This document shows positions 34,126 to 41,756 of a stretch of DNA of 41,756 nt, in pieces (position 1 is the stretch's first letter; every line of letters begins with the position of its first letter). Where the stretch lies: NCBI GenBank assembly GCA_026419655.1, contig JANZZA010000042.1, positions 1 through 41,756 on the forward strand. The letters run 5' to 3'. The notes beneath the pieces were generated by a model. The model saw only the letters and a list, made by a program, of their open reading frames with translations, made no database searches and had not been told where the DNA came from. The position numbers and the translations under genes are program-made. The DNA is from Armatimonadota bacterium (GTDB taxonomy: Bacteria > Armatimonadota > Zipacnadia > Zipacnadales > FEN-943).

Positions 34126-35898
34126 ATGAGATTCGTCACAGCTAAAGGTGTCGCAGCGGCTTTGGTCGTCGGCCTCAGCACTGCTGGGCCGACGGCTTGT
34201 TTGTCTCAGCGGATCCTGACTGTGCGGACCCGCCAGACCAGTCTGGGCAGCGAGATGATGGTGGGGGGGCAGGTTTGGCTGAGGCTGCGAGGCCCTGGTC
34301 ACGCAGCGCAGGTGGAGCGTACAGCCAGCGGGCTCAGGGCTGCCCTACTGGCTGGGATGTGGCCGAAGGACGTACAAGTCAAGGCTGCTGAGGGAGGCGC
34401 CTATGAACTCCGCATCAAGGAAAGGGTTTTGTTGGTGGTGACTCGCCAGGAGGCCGCGGCGCAAAAGTCTGTGCCTGCCAGCCTTGCTGAGCGCTGGGCC
34501 GAGCAACTGCGAGAGTTTGTGGCGTCGCCCTATGTGGTCTGTGCTCTATCGGCTGAGCTGCAGGTCCCTGTGGGGGAAAGCAGGACCGTGCAGATTGGAG
34601 GCACGGCCACCGGTGCCCTCAGTGCGGTGGTAGTCCCGCAGGACCTGGCCACCGTCGTGCGGCAGGATAACGCCATCAGGGTTTCTGCCTTGCGCGCTGG
34701 CGACGGGCAGCTATGGTTGTCCACACCCAGCGACAGCGCAGCGTTCTCCCTGCGCGCCCGCCATTGGGCGGCGTTAGTTCCCCCGACGCTGTCTGTGGGC
34801 TTAACGGCCCGACTCAGGCCCGAGGAATGGCGAGAAGCCGCGAAGATTGCCTTGGCCTGTGGCATTCGGGCACAGCCTCTGGCTGACGTCCGCGTTGACG
34901 TGAGTGGCCTTGCTGCCGGCGACAGTACCGTTCGCGTGATAGCCCGCGCGCCGGACTGCTTGCCCGTGGACAAGGTTGTTAGAGTCGAGAGTGCTGCCTG
35001 GGGGCAGGGTTTGACACTGCCCCGTCGGGTGTGGGTGAGCAATTATCCAGAGCGTGTCCGCGGGCCCAAGATACTTTTGCGTGACCGGCTGGGCTTCAAG
35101 GAAGCTGTGCGTTTGCTTTGGCACCATGTAAACAACGCTATGGGGCCTCTTTGGTTTGGCGTGCGGCTCTGGAACTTTGGCGATGCGGACGCCACTTTTG
35201 CATGGAGCGGAGCGGTATCAGGCCCCGGCCACGATGAAGTATATCTTGGGCATGTGGCAACTCGTGCCTACCTCGACCTTCTCAACCGTGGCGCCGCAAT
35301 CGTTGCGGTTTTACGGTCTCGGAGCTGGGTGGAGCTGGCCAGCGTTCGAGCAGGGCCGGGCCATATTGTCAGCGGCGTCAGCGCGCTGCAGCTCCTTGCC
35401 GGCGGGCCGCTGGTTGTGGAAGTCGCAGCCAGTATGGCTCCACCAGTGTTCGCCAGCCGTGGGATAGATTCGGTGCCGTCCTTTTCACGGCTCTGCCGCT
35501 TTGATTTCCCAGGAATGACGGAAGCGACTGCATCTTTTACAGTCGGCGAACCATGGAAGTTCATCAGAATCGGTCATATTCCGGCGGCTAACGACGAAGG
35601 CGGGGTATTGCGCGGAAACTACGGCGTCTTGCACTGGATTGACGTGCAGGTTTCCAATCCGACCACGATGCATGCTGCGGTGGAACTGGCAGTACACGCA
35701 CCAGCTGGAGCTGCCAGGATGGTCATGCTACTCGATGGCCAGCTTCTTGACACCCCGTTACTCGACCGAGCGACTTACTATGTGATCCATCGCTGGGGCT
35801 TGGAAGCTGGGGAGGTGCGCCGCGCGACGATCACCACAATGCCCCAGGCAGGGTCCAACTACCCCGTGGTGTTGATTCTCCGACCGGCCCGCAAATGA
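34126..35898 (+). CDS. Secreted hypothetical protein (~590 aa), no family recognised
   Basis: A long ORF with GC3-rich codon usage like its neighbours. The signal-like N-terminus reads MRFVTAKGVAAALVVGLSTAGPTA. A middle segment (LQVPVGESRTVQIGG....LSAVVVPQDLATVV...NAIRVSALRAGDGQLWL) resembles pilus/secretin-N or Big-like beta-domains. The C-terminal ~280 aa is unassigned. The track start at 33991 would span the terminator, so ATG 34126 was chosen. Confidence 0.6.
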   Translation: MRFVTAKGVAAALVVGLSTAGPTACLSQRILTVRTRQTSLGSEMMVGGQVWLRLRGPGHAAQVERTASGLRAALLAGMWPKDVQVKAAEGGAYELRIKERVLLVVTRQEAAAQKSVPASLAERWAEQLREFVASPYVVCALSAELQVPVGESRTVQIGGTATGALSAVVVPQDLATVVRQDNAIRVSALRAGDGQLWLSTPSDSAAFSLRARHWAALVPPTLSVGLTARLRPEEWREAAKIALACGIRAQPLADVRVDVSGLAAGDSTVRVIARAPDCLPVDKVVRVESAAWGQGLTLPRRVWVSNYPERVRGPKILLRDRLGFKEAVRLLWHHVNNAMGPLWFGVRLWNFGDADATFAWSGAVSGPGHDEVYLGHVATRAYLDLLNRGAAIVAVLRSRSWVELASVRAGPGHIVSGVSALQLLAGGPLVVEVAASMAPPVFASRGIDSVPSFSRLCRFDFPGMTEATASFTVGEPWKFIRIGHIPAANDEGGVLRGNYGVLHWIDVQVSNPTTMHAAVELAVHAPAGAARMVMLLDGQLLDTPLLDRATYYVIHRWGLEAGEVRRATITTMPQAGSNYPVVLILRPARK

Positions 35899-35926
35899 AG
35901 TGAAGTTAGTCGAGACAGCCCAGCGC

Positions 35927-36838
35927 TTAGGGAGCAGGCTCGCGCGCGGGAACAACATTGGCGACGAGTACTTGCCGGCTGATAGTGGCGCTGCGCCCTC
36001 GTTCGTCGCTTGCTACAACAGTTACGGTAACTTTTTGGTTTCTTTGGGCTTGGACCCGCGCCGTGAAATTGCCGTTGGGGTTTAGGTGGACAGTTTGGCC
36101 GTTCACCGTGACTGTGGCACCCTTTTCCGCTACGCCCTTTACCAGAATGGCACCTTCATGCAGTTCAGCGGTATTACCCGACGGCTCGGTGAGCAGCACG
36201 AAGGGGACGTCAATACGGTTGAGGTCCCTCAGGACCGTATGCCGCTGCGGGTCGAGCCGCTGTATCTGCACGCCGGAGAGCGTCGCTTGGGCGTGGCTCA
36301 TCCTTTCGATCACAACAGACCGCCCACCGCTGGATACCTGGACTTTACCCTCAAGTACGCTCACGTTGGTTTCACCTGATGGTTGCACACGGATGGCGAA
36401 CAACGTACCCCGTACCCCGGCTGTACATGTTGGGGTGACAACCTCGAACTTGGAACGAGGGTTAAGCAGTTTTCGGACCCGCACCCACACTTCGCCCATA
36501 TCCAAGCGGAAGGTACTGACAGTCGCCTCTGTAGCCGTGTTGAGCTGGCTCTTGAGTATCTTGAGGGCAGTGTGAGCGCCCACCCTCACCCGCGTCCCGT
36601 CAATCCAGTTGAGGGTCACGCTGCCCTGCCCTGTCCGGATAACATCTCCTGCCCGGACGTACCGGGCCTCACTAATAGGGTAGAAGGCTCCATCGCGGGC
36701 GGACTGGACCTTGACTTCGCCCTGCACGTCGCTGACCGCGGCTATCCGCTGTAGTATCAGAAGCGACTGCAGGGTGCCGGCCGCCACCATCATGAGGACT
36801 GCAAAACCCAAAATGAGAACAGCAATCGTCTTTCCCAT
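35927..36838 (-). CDS. FecR-domain membrane-anchored protein
   Basis: It has an N-terminal TM segment (IAVLILGFAVLMMVAAG) and a FecR-like beta domain (GEVKV........I.....V..GD.I.TG.GS.V.L...DGT...VG..T.L.I......G.VWV.V). The motif T...AGVRGT.F is also present. The C-terminal part is Ig-like (ATVTVNGQTVHLNPNGNFTARV). Confidence 0.8.
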   Translation of the reverse strand: MGKTIAVLILGFAVLMMVAAGTLQSLLILQRIAAVSDVQGEVKVQSARDGAFYPISEARYVRAGDVIRTGQGSVTLNWIDGTRVRVGAHTALKILKSQLNTATEATVSTFRLDMGEVWVRVRKLLNPRSKFEVVTPTCTAGVRGTLFAIRVQPSGETNVSVLEGKVQVSSGGRSVVIERMSHAQATLSGVQIQRLDPQRHTVLRDLNRIDVPFVLLTEPSGNTAELHEGAILVKGVAEKGATVTVNGQTVHLNPNGNFTARVQAQRNQKVTVTVVASDERGRSATISRQVLVANVVPAREPAP

Positions 36839-36927
36839 ACCTTGCGTCGGCTGCTACAATCGTTGTGTCCCAACGCCATCTACTCAAGGAATACCCGCCG
36901 GAAAGTAAGTATAAACTGCGCCGCACC

Positions 36928-38832
36928 ATGCCGCTACCCCGGATTTCAACACAGCTAGCGATAGCAGCGGGGATAGGCATCCTTGTTGCCGTGGCCGGCC
37001 AGACGATGCCCGGCTTGGGCTTTCTTGTCGCTGAGGCCGAGATGAGGAGCCTCGACTGGCGGTTTTCTTTGCGCGGACCCCGGCCGCCTGGGGCGGATAT
37101 AGCTCTGGTCGCAGTGGACGACGCCAGTCTGGCCCGCGTTGGCCGGTGGCCGTGGCCCAGAGCACGGCTGGCACAGCTTGTCGAGCACATCCAAGCCGCT
37201 GGGGCTAAGGCGGTGGTTCTCGACATTTTGCTGTCAGAGCCATCAGCTCCGCAGGATGACGCACGGCTTGAGGAAACCTTGCGCCGCTACGACAACGTGT
37301 TCATGCCTGCCTTCGTCGCAGGCACGTCGGCTCAAGGCATAGGGCATCTTCCCACCATAGAGCGCTGGCGGTCAGTCGTGACAGTAGGAGAAGAGCAGAG
37401 GGCTGCCCAGCTTCTGTATTCGCCTCCTGGGCTTGCGGTTCCACTAAAGAGGTTTTCGCGGTGGTGCAGGGACGTAGGAGTGGTTAGCCTGATCGGCTCG
37501 ACCGACGGCGTCTATCGTGAGACTGCTCTGGTGTGCGTAGCGGATGGCCTCCTGGTGCCGTCCCTGCCGCTGGCTGTGGCGACGCATGTGCTTGCCGGTT
37601 CACCTAAGGCCGTGCGTGTTGTGCCGGGCCATTACGTGGAAGTGGCGGGACGCCGTATACCGCTGGACATAAATGGACTAAGCCTCATCAATTTCGCTGG
37701 ACCTCGTGGCACGTACCGCCACGTTCCCGCAGCAGACGTGCTGACTGGGGAGCAGGATGCTTTACGACAGCTTGCTGGTAAGATCGTGCTCGTGGGGGTG
37801 ACGGCTGCTGGGCTGCATGACTTGAGGCCGTCGCCCTTCGACCCTGTCTTCGTGGGCTCTGAGGCTCTTGCGACTGTAACGGCGAATGTGCTTCAGGGGG
37901 ACTTCCTGCGCCCCCTGGCTGAGTACTATCACCTGACGATTGGGGCACTCTTGTCCATCGCCGTGGGTGTTGCGGCGGTGGTTTTTCCAACTGCGTGGGG
38001 CTGGGCGGCACCCTTGCTCTTGATCGGCGTTTATTGGGCCGCGAGCGTCGTCGCTTTTTCCCAACTGGGGCTGGTTATGCCACTGGTGTTGCCCACGGCG
38101 GCCGGAGGCAGTGCCCTGGCGGCGAGCCTTGCAATGCGGCTGGGTGCTGAAGAGCGCCGGCGGGAGCGGGCTGTGGCCGTGTTCAGCAGGTTTGTTCCGC
38201 CTCGAGTGGCCCGGCGGCTGGTGGGAAGCGACATGGAAGCAGCCGAGCGCGGAGAGCGCCGTGAAACGACGGCGTTGTTCGTTGATATAGAAGGTTCGAC
38301 GGGGTATGCTCTGCGGCTGGATCCCGAAAATTTGGTAGACGCCTTGAATGCTTTCTTCACCGAGTGTCACTTAGCAGTCTGGCGCTACGACGGCACCCTC
38401 GACAAGTTCATCGGGGACGGATTGCTGGCGTTTTTCAATGCGCCCGTGCTGCAGGAAGACCACGCGCTGCGGGCTGTGAGGACGGCCTTGGACATTGCCG
38501 AGATGGTTGAGAGGAACCGGGATCTGTGGGAGTATCATGGATTATCTAACCTGCGGGTGCGGGCTGGTATCTGTACAGGTGAGGTTGTTGTGGGCTATGT
38601 GGGCTCGAAGGAGCGGATGCAATATACCGTGATTGGGCCAGCCGTCCATCTTGCTGCGCGGCTCCAGGAACTTGCCAAAGACCTGGGGGTGACGGTACTC
38701 ATAAGCGAAAGCACTTACGCGAAAGTGGCAGCAGACGTAGAAGCTCGCGGTCTCGGAGAACGTTTGGTGCGGGGATTCGACATGCCCGTGCGGGTATACG
38801 AAGTGATTCGTGCGCGGGGTGGGGCTGGGTGA
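36928..38832 (+). CDS. CHASE2 sensor domain - 3 TM - class III adenylate/guanylate cyclase
   Basis: It has an N-terminal TM segment and the CHASE2 signature (DWRFSLRGPRPPGADIALVAVDDASL...GRWPWPRARLAQLV....GAKAVVLDILLSEP). Three TM helices lie near aa 345-420. The cyclase catalytic domain reads TALFVDIEGSTG...KFIGDGLLAFFNAP....H...A...A......RAGI.TGEVVVG.VGS......YTVIGPAVHLAARL. An alternative GTG start lies at 36865. Confidence 0.88.
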   Translation: MPLPRISTQLAIAAGIGILVAVAGQTMPGLGFLVAEAEMRSLDWRFSLRGPRPPGADIALVAVDDASLARVGRWPWPRARLAQLVEHIQAAGAKAVVLDILLSEPSAPQDDARLEETLRRYDNVFMPAFVAGTSAQGIGHLPTIERWRSVVTVGEEQRAAQLLYSPPGLAVPLKRFSRWCRDVGVVSLIGSTDGVYRETALVCVADGLLVPSLPLAVATHVLAGSPKAVRVVPGHYVEVAGRRIPLDINGLSLINFAGPRGTYRHVPAADVLTGEQDALRQLAGKIVLVGVTAAGLHDLRPSPFDPVFVGSEALATVTANVLQGDFLRPLAEYYHLTIGALLSIAVGVAAVVFPTAWGWAAPLLLIGVYWAASVVAFSQLGLVMPLVLPTAAGGSALAASLAMRLGAEERRRERAVAVFSRFVPPRVARRLVGSDMEAAERGERRETTALFVDIEGSTGYALRLDPENLVDALNAFFTECHLAVWRYDGTLDKFIGDGLLAFFNAPVLQEDHALRAVRTALDIAEMVERNRDLWEYHGLSNLRVRAGICTGEVVVGYVGSKERMQYTVIGPAVHLAARLQELAKDLGVTVLISESTYAKVAADVEARGLGERLVRGFDMPVRVYEVIRARGGAG

Positions 38833-38853
38833 AAGTGGAGTGCCGTAGACGCC

Positions 38854-41091
38854 ATGTGGGAGCCGGGGCAGAAGATTGACAACCAGTTCGTAGTTCTCGA
38901 CCGCTTTGCGGGGGGTATGGGGATAGTTTTTGTGGTCCTGGATGAGCTTACGCATCACAAGTTTGCCGTCAAGACGCTGAAGCCAGAGTTGATAGCCAAT
39001 CCAACGGCAATTGACCGCTTTCGGCAGGAAGCCCGTACGTGGCTCAGTCTCGGCCATCATCCGAACCTCGTTTACGCGGCGGTGTACCGCGAGATTGATG
39101 GCGTGCCTCTGCTATTCATCGAGTACGTGGACGGGGTGAGCCTGGCTGATTTGCTACGGATAGAGCGGGTGCTGTTCCTTCCGCAGGCATTGGCCTTTGC
39201 CATGCAGATTTGCGAAGGGATGGAGTATTTACATTCTCTACGGACTCCGACTGGTGAAGAGGGCATCATTCACCGGGATCTGAAGCCTGCAAACGTGCTG
39301 ATCAACCGCCAGTGCGTGGCCAAGGTCACTGACTTCGGACTGGCGAAGATACACGGCGATATTTCGGCTCTTGCTGAGGGCCGTCGCGGAGTTGGTACAT
39401 ATTCCTACATGCCCCCGGAGCAGGTGCTCGACGCAGCTTCTGCCGACCGGCGGTCTGACGTGTATTCCTTCGGGGCAACGTTGTACCACATGGTAGCCGG
39501 CCGTCCGCCTGTAGACGGCGAAACAACGAGCACGGTAGTTGCCTCGATCCTTCGCGGGAGCCCTGCCCCTCCATCGAGCATTAACCCGGAAGTTCCGCCC
39601 GCTCTCGACAGCCTGATTCTCAGGTGCTTGGCCCGTCAGCGAGGGGATCGGTTTACCTCTTTCAGAGAAGTCAGGCAAGCGCTTTCGGAGATCGAGGTTG
39701 AAGGGGAAGGCCGGCGGCGGTCGGGCCAACGGTGCTCCAATTGTGGCTATCTGCCGCGGTTGCACTATGACGCATGTCCGGTTTGTGCTGGCAAGCTAGC
39801 CGTGGCGAAGGCTGGAGCCCCGCCGCCTCAAGAGAAGGCCGGAGAGGTGGCCGCTGGAGAGGCTGCAGCCCAACTCGCGGCGCGTGCCCTTGAGCACCGG
39901 GACGCAGGGCGCTTTGACCAGGCCATAGTTCTTCTTCGGCAGGCGGCGAACCTTGCGCCGGATGATGCATCAATCAGTCGAGCCCTGGACGAGACAGCAC
40001 TTCTGGCAGCGCGGCACCAAGCGCGGGGGCCCCAGAGACATTACAACTGGCCGGTGGAGGGCGGCAACCTTAACCGTTTGGGATTTACGCCGGAGGTAGT
40101 GGCGCCGCCTTTGCGAGTCGCTTGGACGACTTCGGTGGCTGACTGGATTGCGGCGGCGCCCGTGGTTGCTAACGGGCGAGTCTACGTGGGCGGCTATGTA
40201 GAGGAGGCCGGTCGCCACGGCCGGCTGTGTGCCCTCAGGCTGTCAGACGGGGCAATCCTGTGGGAGTTGCGTGCGCAAAAGGAGTTTGTGGCAGCAGCTT
40301 GCGTGGTTGGTGGACGCATGCTCTTCGTGCCTTCAGGACCTCGGCTGGCCGCTGTGGACTGTGAAACAGGCCGTCCGTTGTGGGAAGTCGAGATAGGGGC
40401 GGACATCTACGGTGGCCCGGTCACCGTACAGAACCTGGTCCTTGTTACCAGCGCTGCCGGCGAAGTATCTGCCCTCGGCGCTCAGACGGGGCAGCGAGTA
40501 TGGAGGTTTACCGCAGACGGCCCAGTCCTTGGCGGGGCAACTGCATCCGAGGACATGGTTTGGGTAGGCAGCTCCGACTACCACGTGTACGCCTTGGATT
40601 TGCACAGCGGCAAGGTTTTATGGACCTACGTCACTGGCGGCGAAGTCCAAGTCCCGTGCGCGTATGTGAGGGGAAGCTTGTTGGTGGCGTCTCTTGACCA
40701 GCGTGTCCACTGCATTCACGCGCTGGATGGCAGAAGACGCTGGGAGTTTCGCACCGACGGCGAAATCCATACTTCCCCTGCGGCTTGTGAGAACACCGTG
40801 GTTGTCGGCACGCGCGGAAAGTCAGCCTTCGGCATTGCCCTGGATTCTGGCCATGCCAAATGGCGGTTTGCGGCTCGTGACTGGATTGATTCCTCACCGG
40901 TGATTTCTGGCCGCACCGTTTATTTCGGTAGCCACGACGGCCACGTGTATGCTCTCGAGCGCGAGAGTGGGATACTGCTGTGGCGACAGGACCTGCAGTG
41001 CGAAATAACTGCGGCTCCGGCGGTCTCAGCCGGCTACGTGGTCATAGCAGGGCGGGACGGCCGCGTCTATGGCCTCAAGAGCCGCGCTTAG
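38854..41091 (+). CDS. Hanks-type Ser/Thr protein kinase fused to a CxxC..CxxC zinc ribbon, a TPR-like helix pair and a PQQ/BamB-like beta-propeller; no TM segment
   Basis: The kinase motifs are GGMGIVF, FAVKTL, HRDLKPANVL, DFGLAK and YMPPE. The zinc ribbon is CSNCGY...CPVCAG. The C-terminus has ~8 repeats of the type G.VY.G..DG.L.AL....G..LW. Confidence 0.9.
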   Translation: MWEPGQKIDNQFVVLDRFAGGMGIVFVVLDELTHHKFAVKTLKPELIANPTAIDRFRQEARTWLSLGHHPNLVYAAVYREIDGVPLLFIEYVDGVSLADLLRIERVLFLPQALAFAMQICEGMEYLHSLRTPTGEEGIIHRDLKPANVLINRQCVAKVTDFGLAKIHGDISALAEGRRGVGTYSYMPPEQVLDAASADRRSDVYSFGATLYHMVAGRPPVDGETTSTVVASILRGSPAPPSSINPEVPPALDSLILRCLARQRGDRFTSFREVRQALSEIEVEGEGRRRSGQRCSNCGYLPRLHYDACPVCAGKLAVAKAGAPPPQEKAGEVAAGEAAAQLAARALEHRDAGRFDQAIVLLRQAANLAPDDASISRALDETALLAARHQARGPQRHYNWPVEGGNLNRLGFTPEVVAPPLRVAWTTSVADWIAAAPVVANGRVYVGGYVEEAGRHGRLCALRLSDGAILWELRAQKEFVAAACVVGGRMLFVPSGPRLAAVDCETGRPLWEVEIGADIYGGPVTVQNLVLVTSAAGEVSALGAQTGQRVWRFTADGPVLGGATASEDMVWVGSSDYHVYALDLHSGKVLWTYVTGGEVQVPCAYVRGSLLVASLDQRVHCIHALDGRRRWEFRTDGEIHTSPAACENTVVVGTRGKSAFGIALDSGHAKWRFAARDWIDSSPVISGRTVYFGSHDGHVYALERESGILLWRQDLQCEITAAPAVSAGYVVIAGRDGRVYGLKSRA

Positions 41092-41120
41092 GCCCGGGCT
41101 GGGCGTATCCTTCGGTCTCG

Positions 41121-41756
41121 ATGTTTCGCCGAGACGGTTTCACGCTCGTCGAGCTTCTAGTAGTCGTAGGCATCATCGCTCTTCTCGCGGGGATGCTTTT
41201 TCCAGCTTTTGCTGCGGCTCGAGAAAGAGGCCGTAGCGCTCGGTGCTTGGCAAACCTGCGCCAGCTTGGAGCCGCTGTCGAAATGTACACGGCGGATTGG
41301 GATGAGAAGTATCCCTGGGGCAAGGACCCGGCCGACGCCTACTGCCCACAGATCTGGATGGATTTTCCGTTCTGGCAGGCACTTATCCCCAGCATGCCCT
41401 GGTTTATGGATACCCTTCATGCCTACGCGCGCAGCCGGGAGGTCTGGCACTGCCCTTCCGATGGCGGCTTTGACCTCCTGGAGGACACGGGTCTTCCTTT
41501 GCCTGCTCATCCCAGTGCCTTTGCGGCCTTTGGCACAAGCTATTTCTACCGCACCGAGATTACGTTTCGCCAACTGGTGGCAGGGAATATGCCGGACCCG
41601 GCTGCCGTTAACTTAATCTTCGACGCCCATGGCTCCTGGCACGGTCGCTCTGACCGTTACGAACAGAAGAGATGGAACATCCTCTTCGCGGATGGCCACG
41701 CTAAGTCGCTCAATCGCGAGCAATACGACGAGGCCTGGATGACGCCCCTCGTTGGA
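41121..41756 (+). CDS. Prepilin-type N-terminal cleavage/methylation domain protein (type II secretion/type IV pilin-like, H-X9-DG/DUF1559-like class); 3' end outside the window
   Basis: This ORF is not in the track because it has no stop in the window. My translation from ATG 41121 gives MFRRDGFTLVELLVVVGIIALLAGMLFPAF..AR..ARS..C.NLRQLG.A..MY..D. Near the window end it reads NILFADGHAKSL. This is the classical G/FTLxE prepilin peptidase site followed by a hydrophobic helix. Confidence 0.85.
   Translation, partial: MFRRDGFTLVELLVVVGIIALLAGMLFPAFAAARERGRSARCLANLRQLGAAVEMYTADWDEKYPWGKDPADAYCPQIWMDFPFWQALIPSMPWFMDTLHAYARSREVWHCPSDGGFDLLEDTGLPLPAHPSAFAAFGTSYFYRTEITFRQLVAGNMPDPAAVNLIFDAHGSWHGRSDRYEQKRWNILFADGHAKSLNREQYDEAWMTPLVG

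Noticed and set aside
1-41756. I looked for CRISPR arrays, tRNA/rRNA genes, IS elements, integrases, toxin-antitoxin pairs and known defence-system signatures.
   Set aside because: Non-coding gaps are few and short (the largest are ~290, ~257, ~190-290 and ~150 nt). None contains spaced direct repeats or tRNA-like cloverleaf arms that I could recognise. No ORF shows transposase, integrase, nuclease or ATPase defence motifs.

Overview
This is a GC-rich, gene-dense chromosomal segment (about 35 CDS, very little non-coding DNA) from a diderm, LPS-making bacterium. The H-X9-DG-type prepilin-like protein, CHASE2 cyclase, giant CBM-bearing glycosidase-like protein and 3-POTRA BamA suggest an Armatimonadota/PVC-like or other deep-branching diderm lineage. 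The taxon cannot be fixed from the sequence alone. Layout: (i) nt 1-13504 is one co-directional plus-strand string with many 1-8 nt stop/start overlaps. It carries an ABC1-kinase tail, maf, mreB-mreC-mreD, hldC (heptose-1-P adenylyltransferase), kdsB, kdsA, kdsD, a truncated UshA-like metallophosphoesterase, coaX and dus. These are followed by a two-gene module of unknown function (a 'quinate 5-dehydrogenase'-annotated family plus an acyl-ACP-reductase homologue), lysS, and a DPPR-synthase-like UbiA prenyltransferase. (ii) nt 13607-21686 on the minus strand carries a small secreted protein, aconitase, a URO-D-family protein and a ~1480-aa secreted GH42-like multidomain protein. (iii) nt 21894-34038 carries lipA and then an outer-membrane biogenesis block, tamB - ECF sigma - bamA - skp - Skp-like lipoprotein - lpxD, closed by a strong intrinsic terminator. 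(iv) nt 34126-41756 carries an orphan secreted protein, then a divergent FecR-domain protein / CHASE2 class-III cyclase pair, followed by a membrane-less Ser/Thr kinase with a PQQ beta-propeller and a prepilin-like protein that runs off the window. I recognised no rRNA, tRNA, CRISPR, IS/transposase/integrase or phage genes. All family calls come from motif recognition by eye; no searches were run. I do not see an unambiguous brand-new system. The best candidates for follow-up are four: the FecR/CHASE2-cyclase/kinase signalling module; the AAR-homologue two-gene module; the UshA-like phosphoesterase embedded in the Kdo operon where kdsC (or an lpxH analogue) would be expected; and the anti-sigma-less ECF sigma wedged between tamB and bamA.
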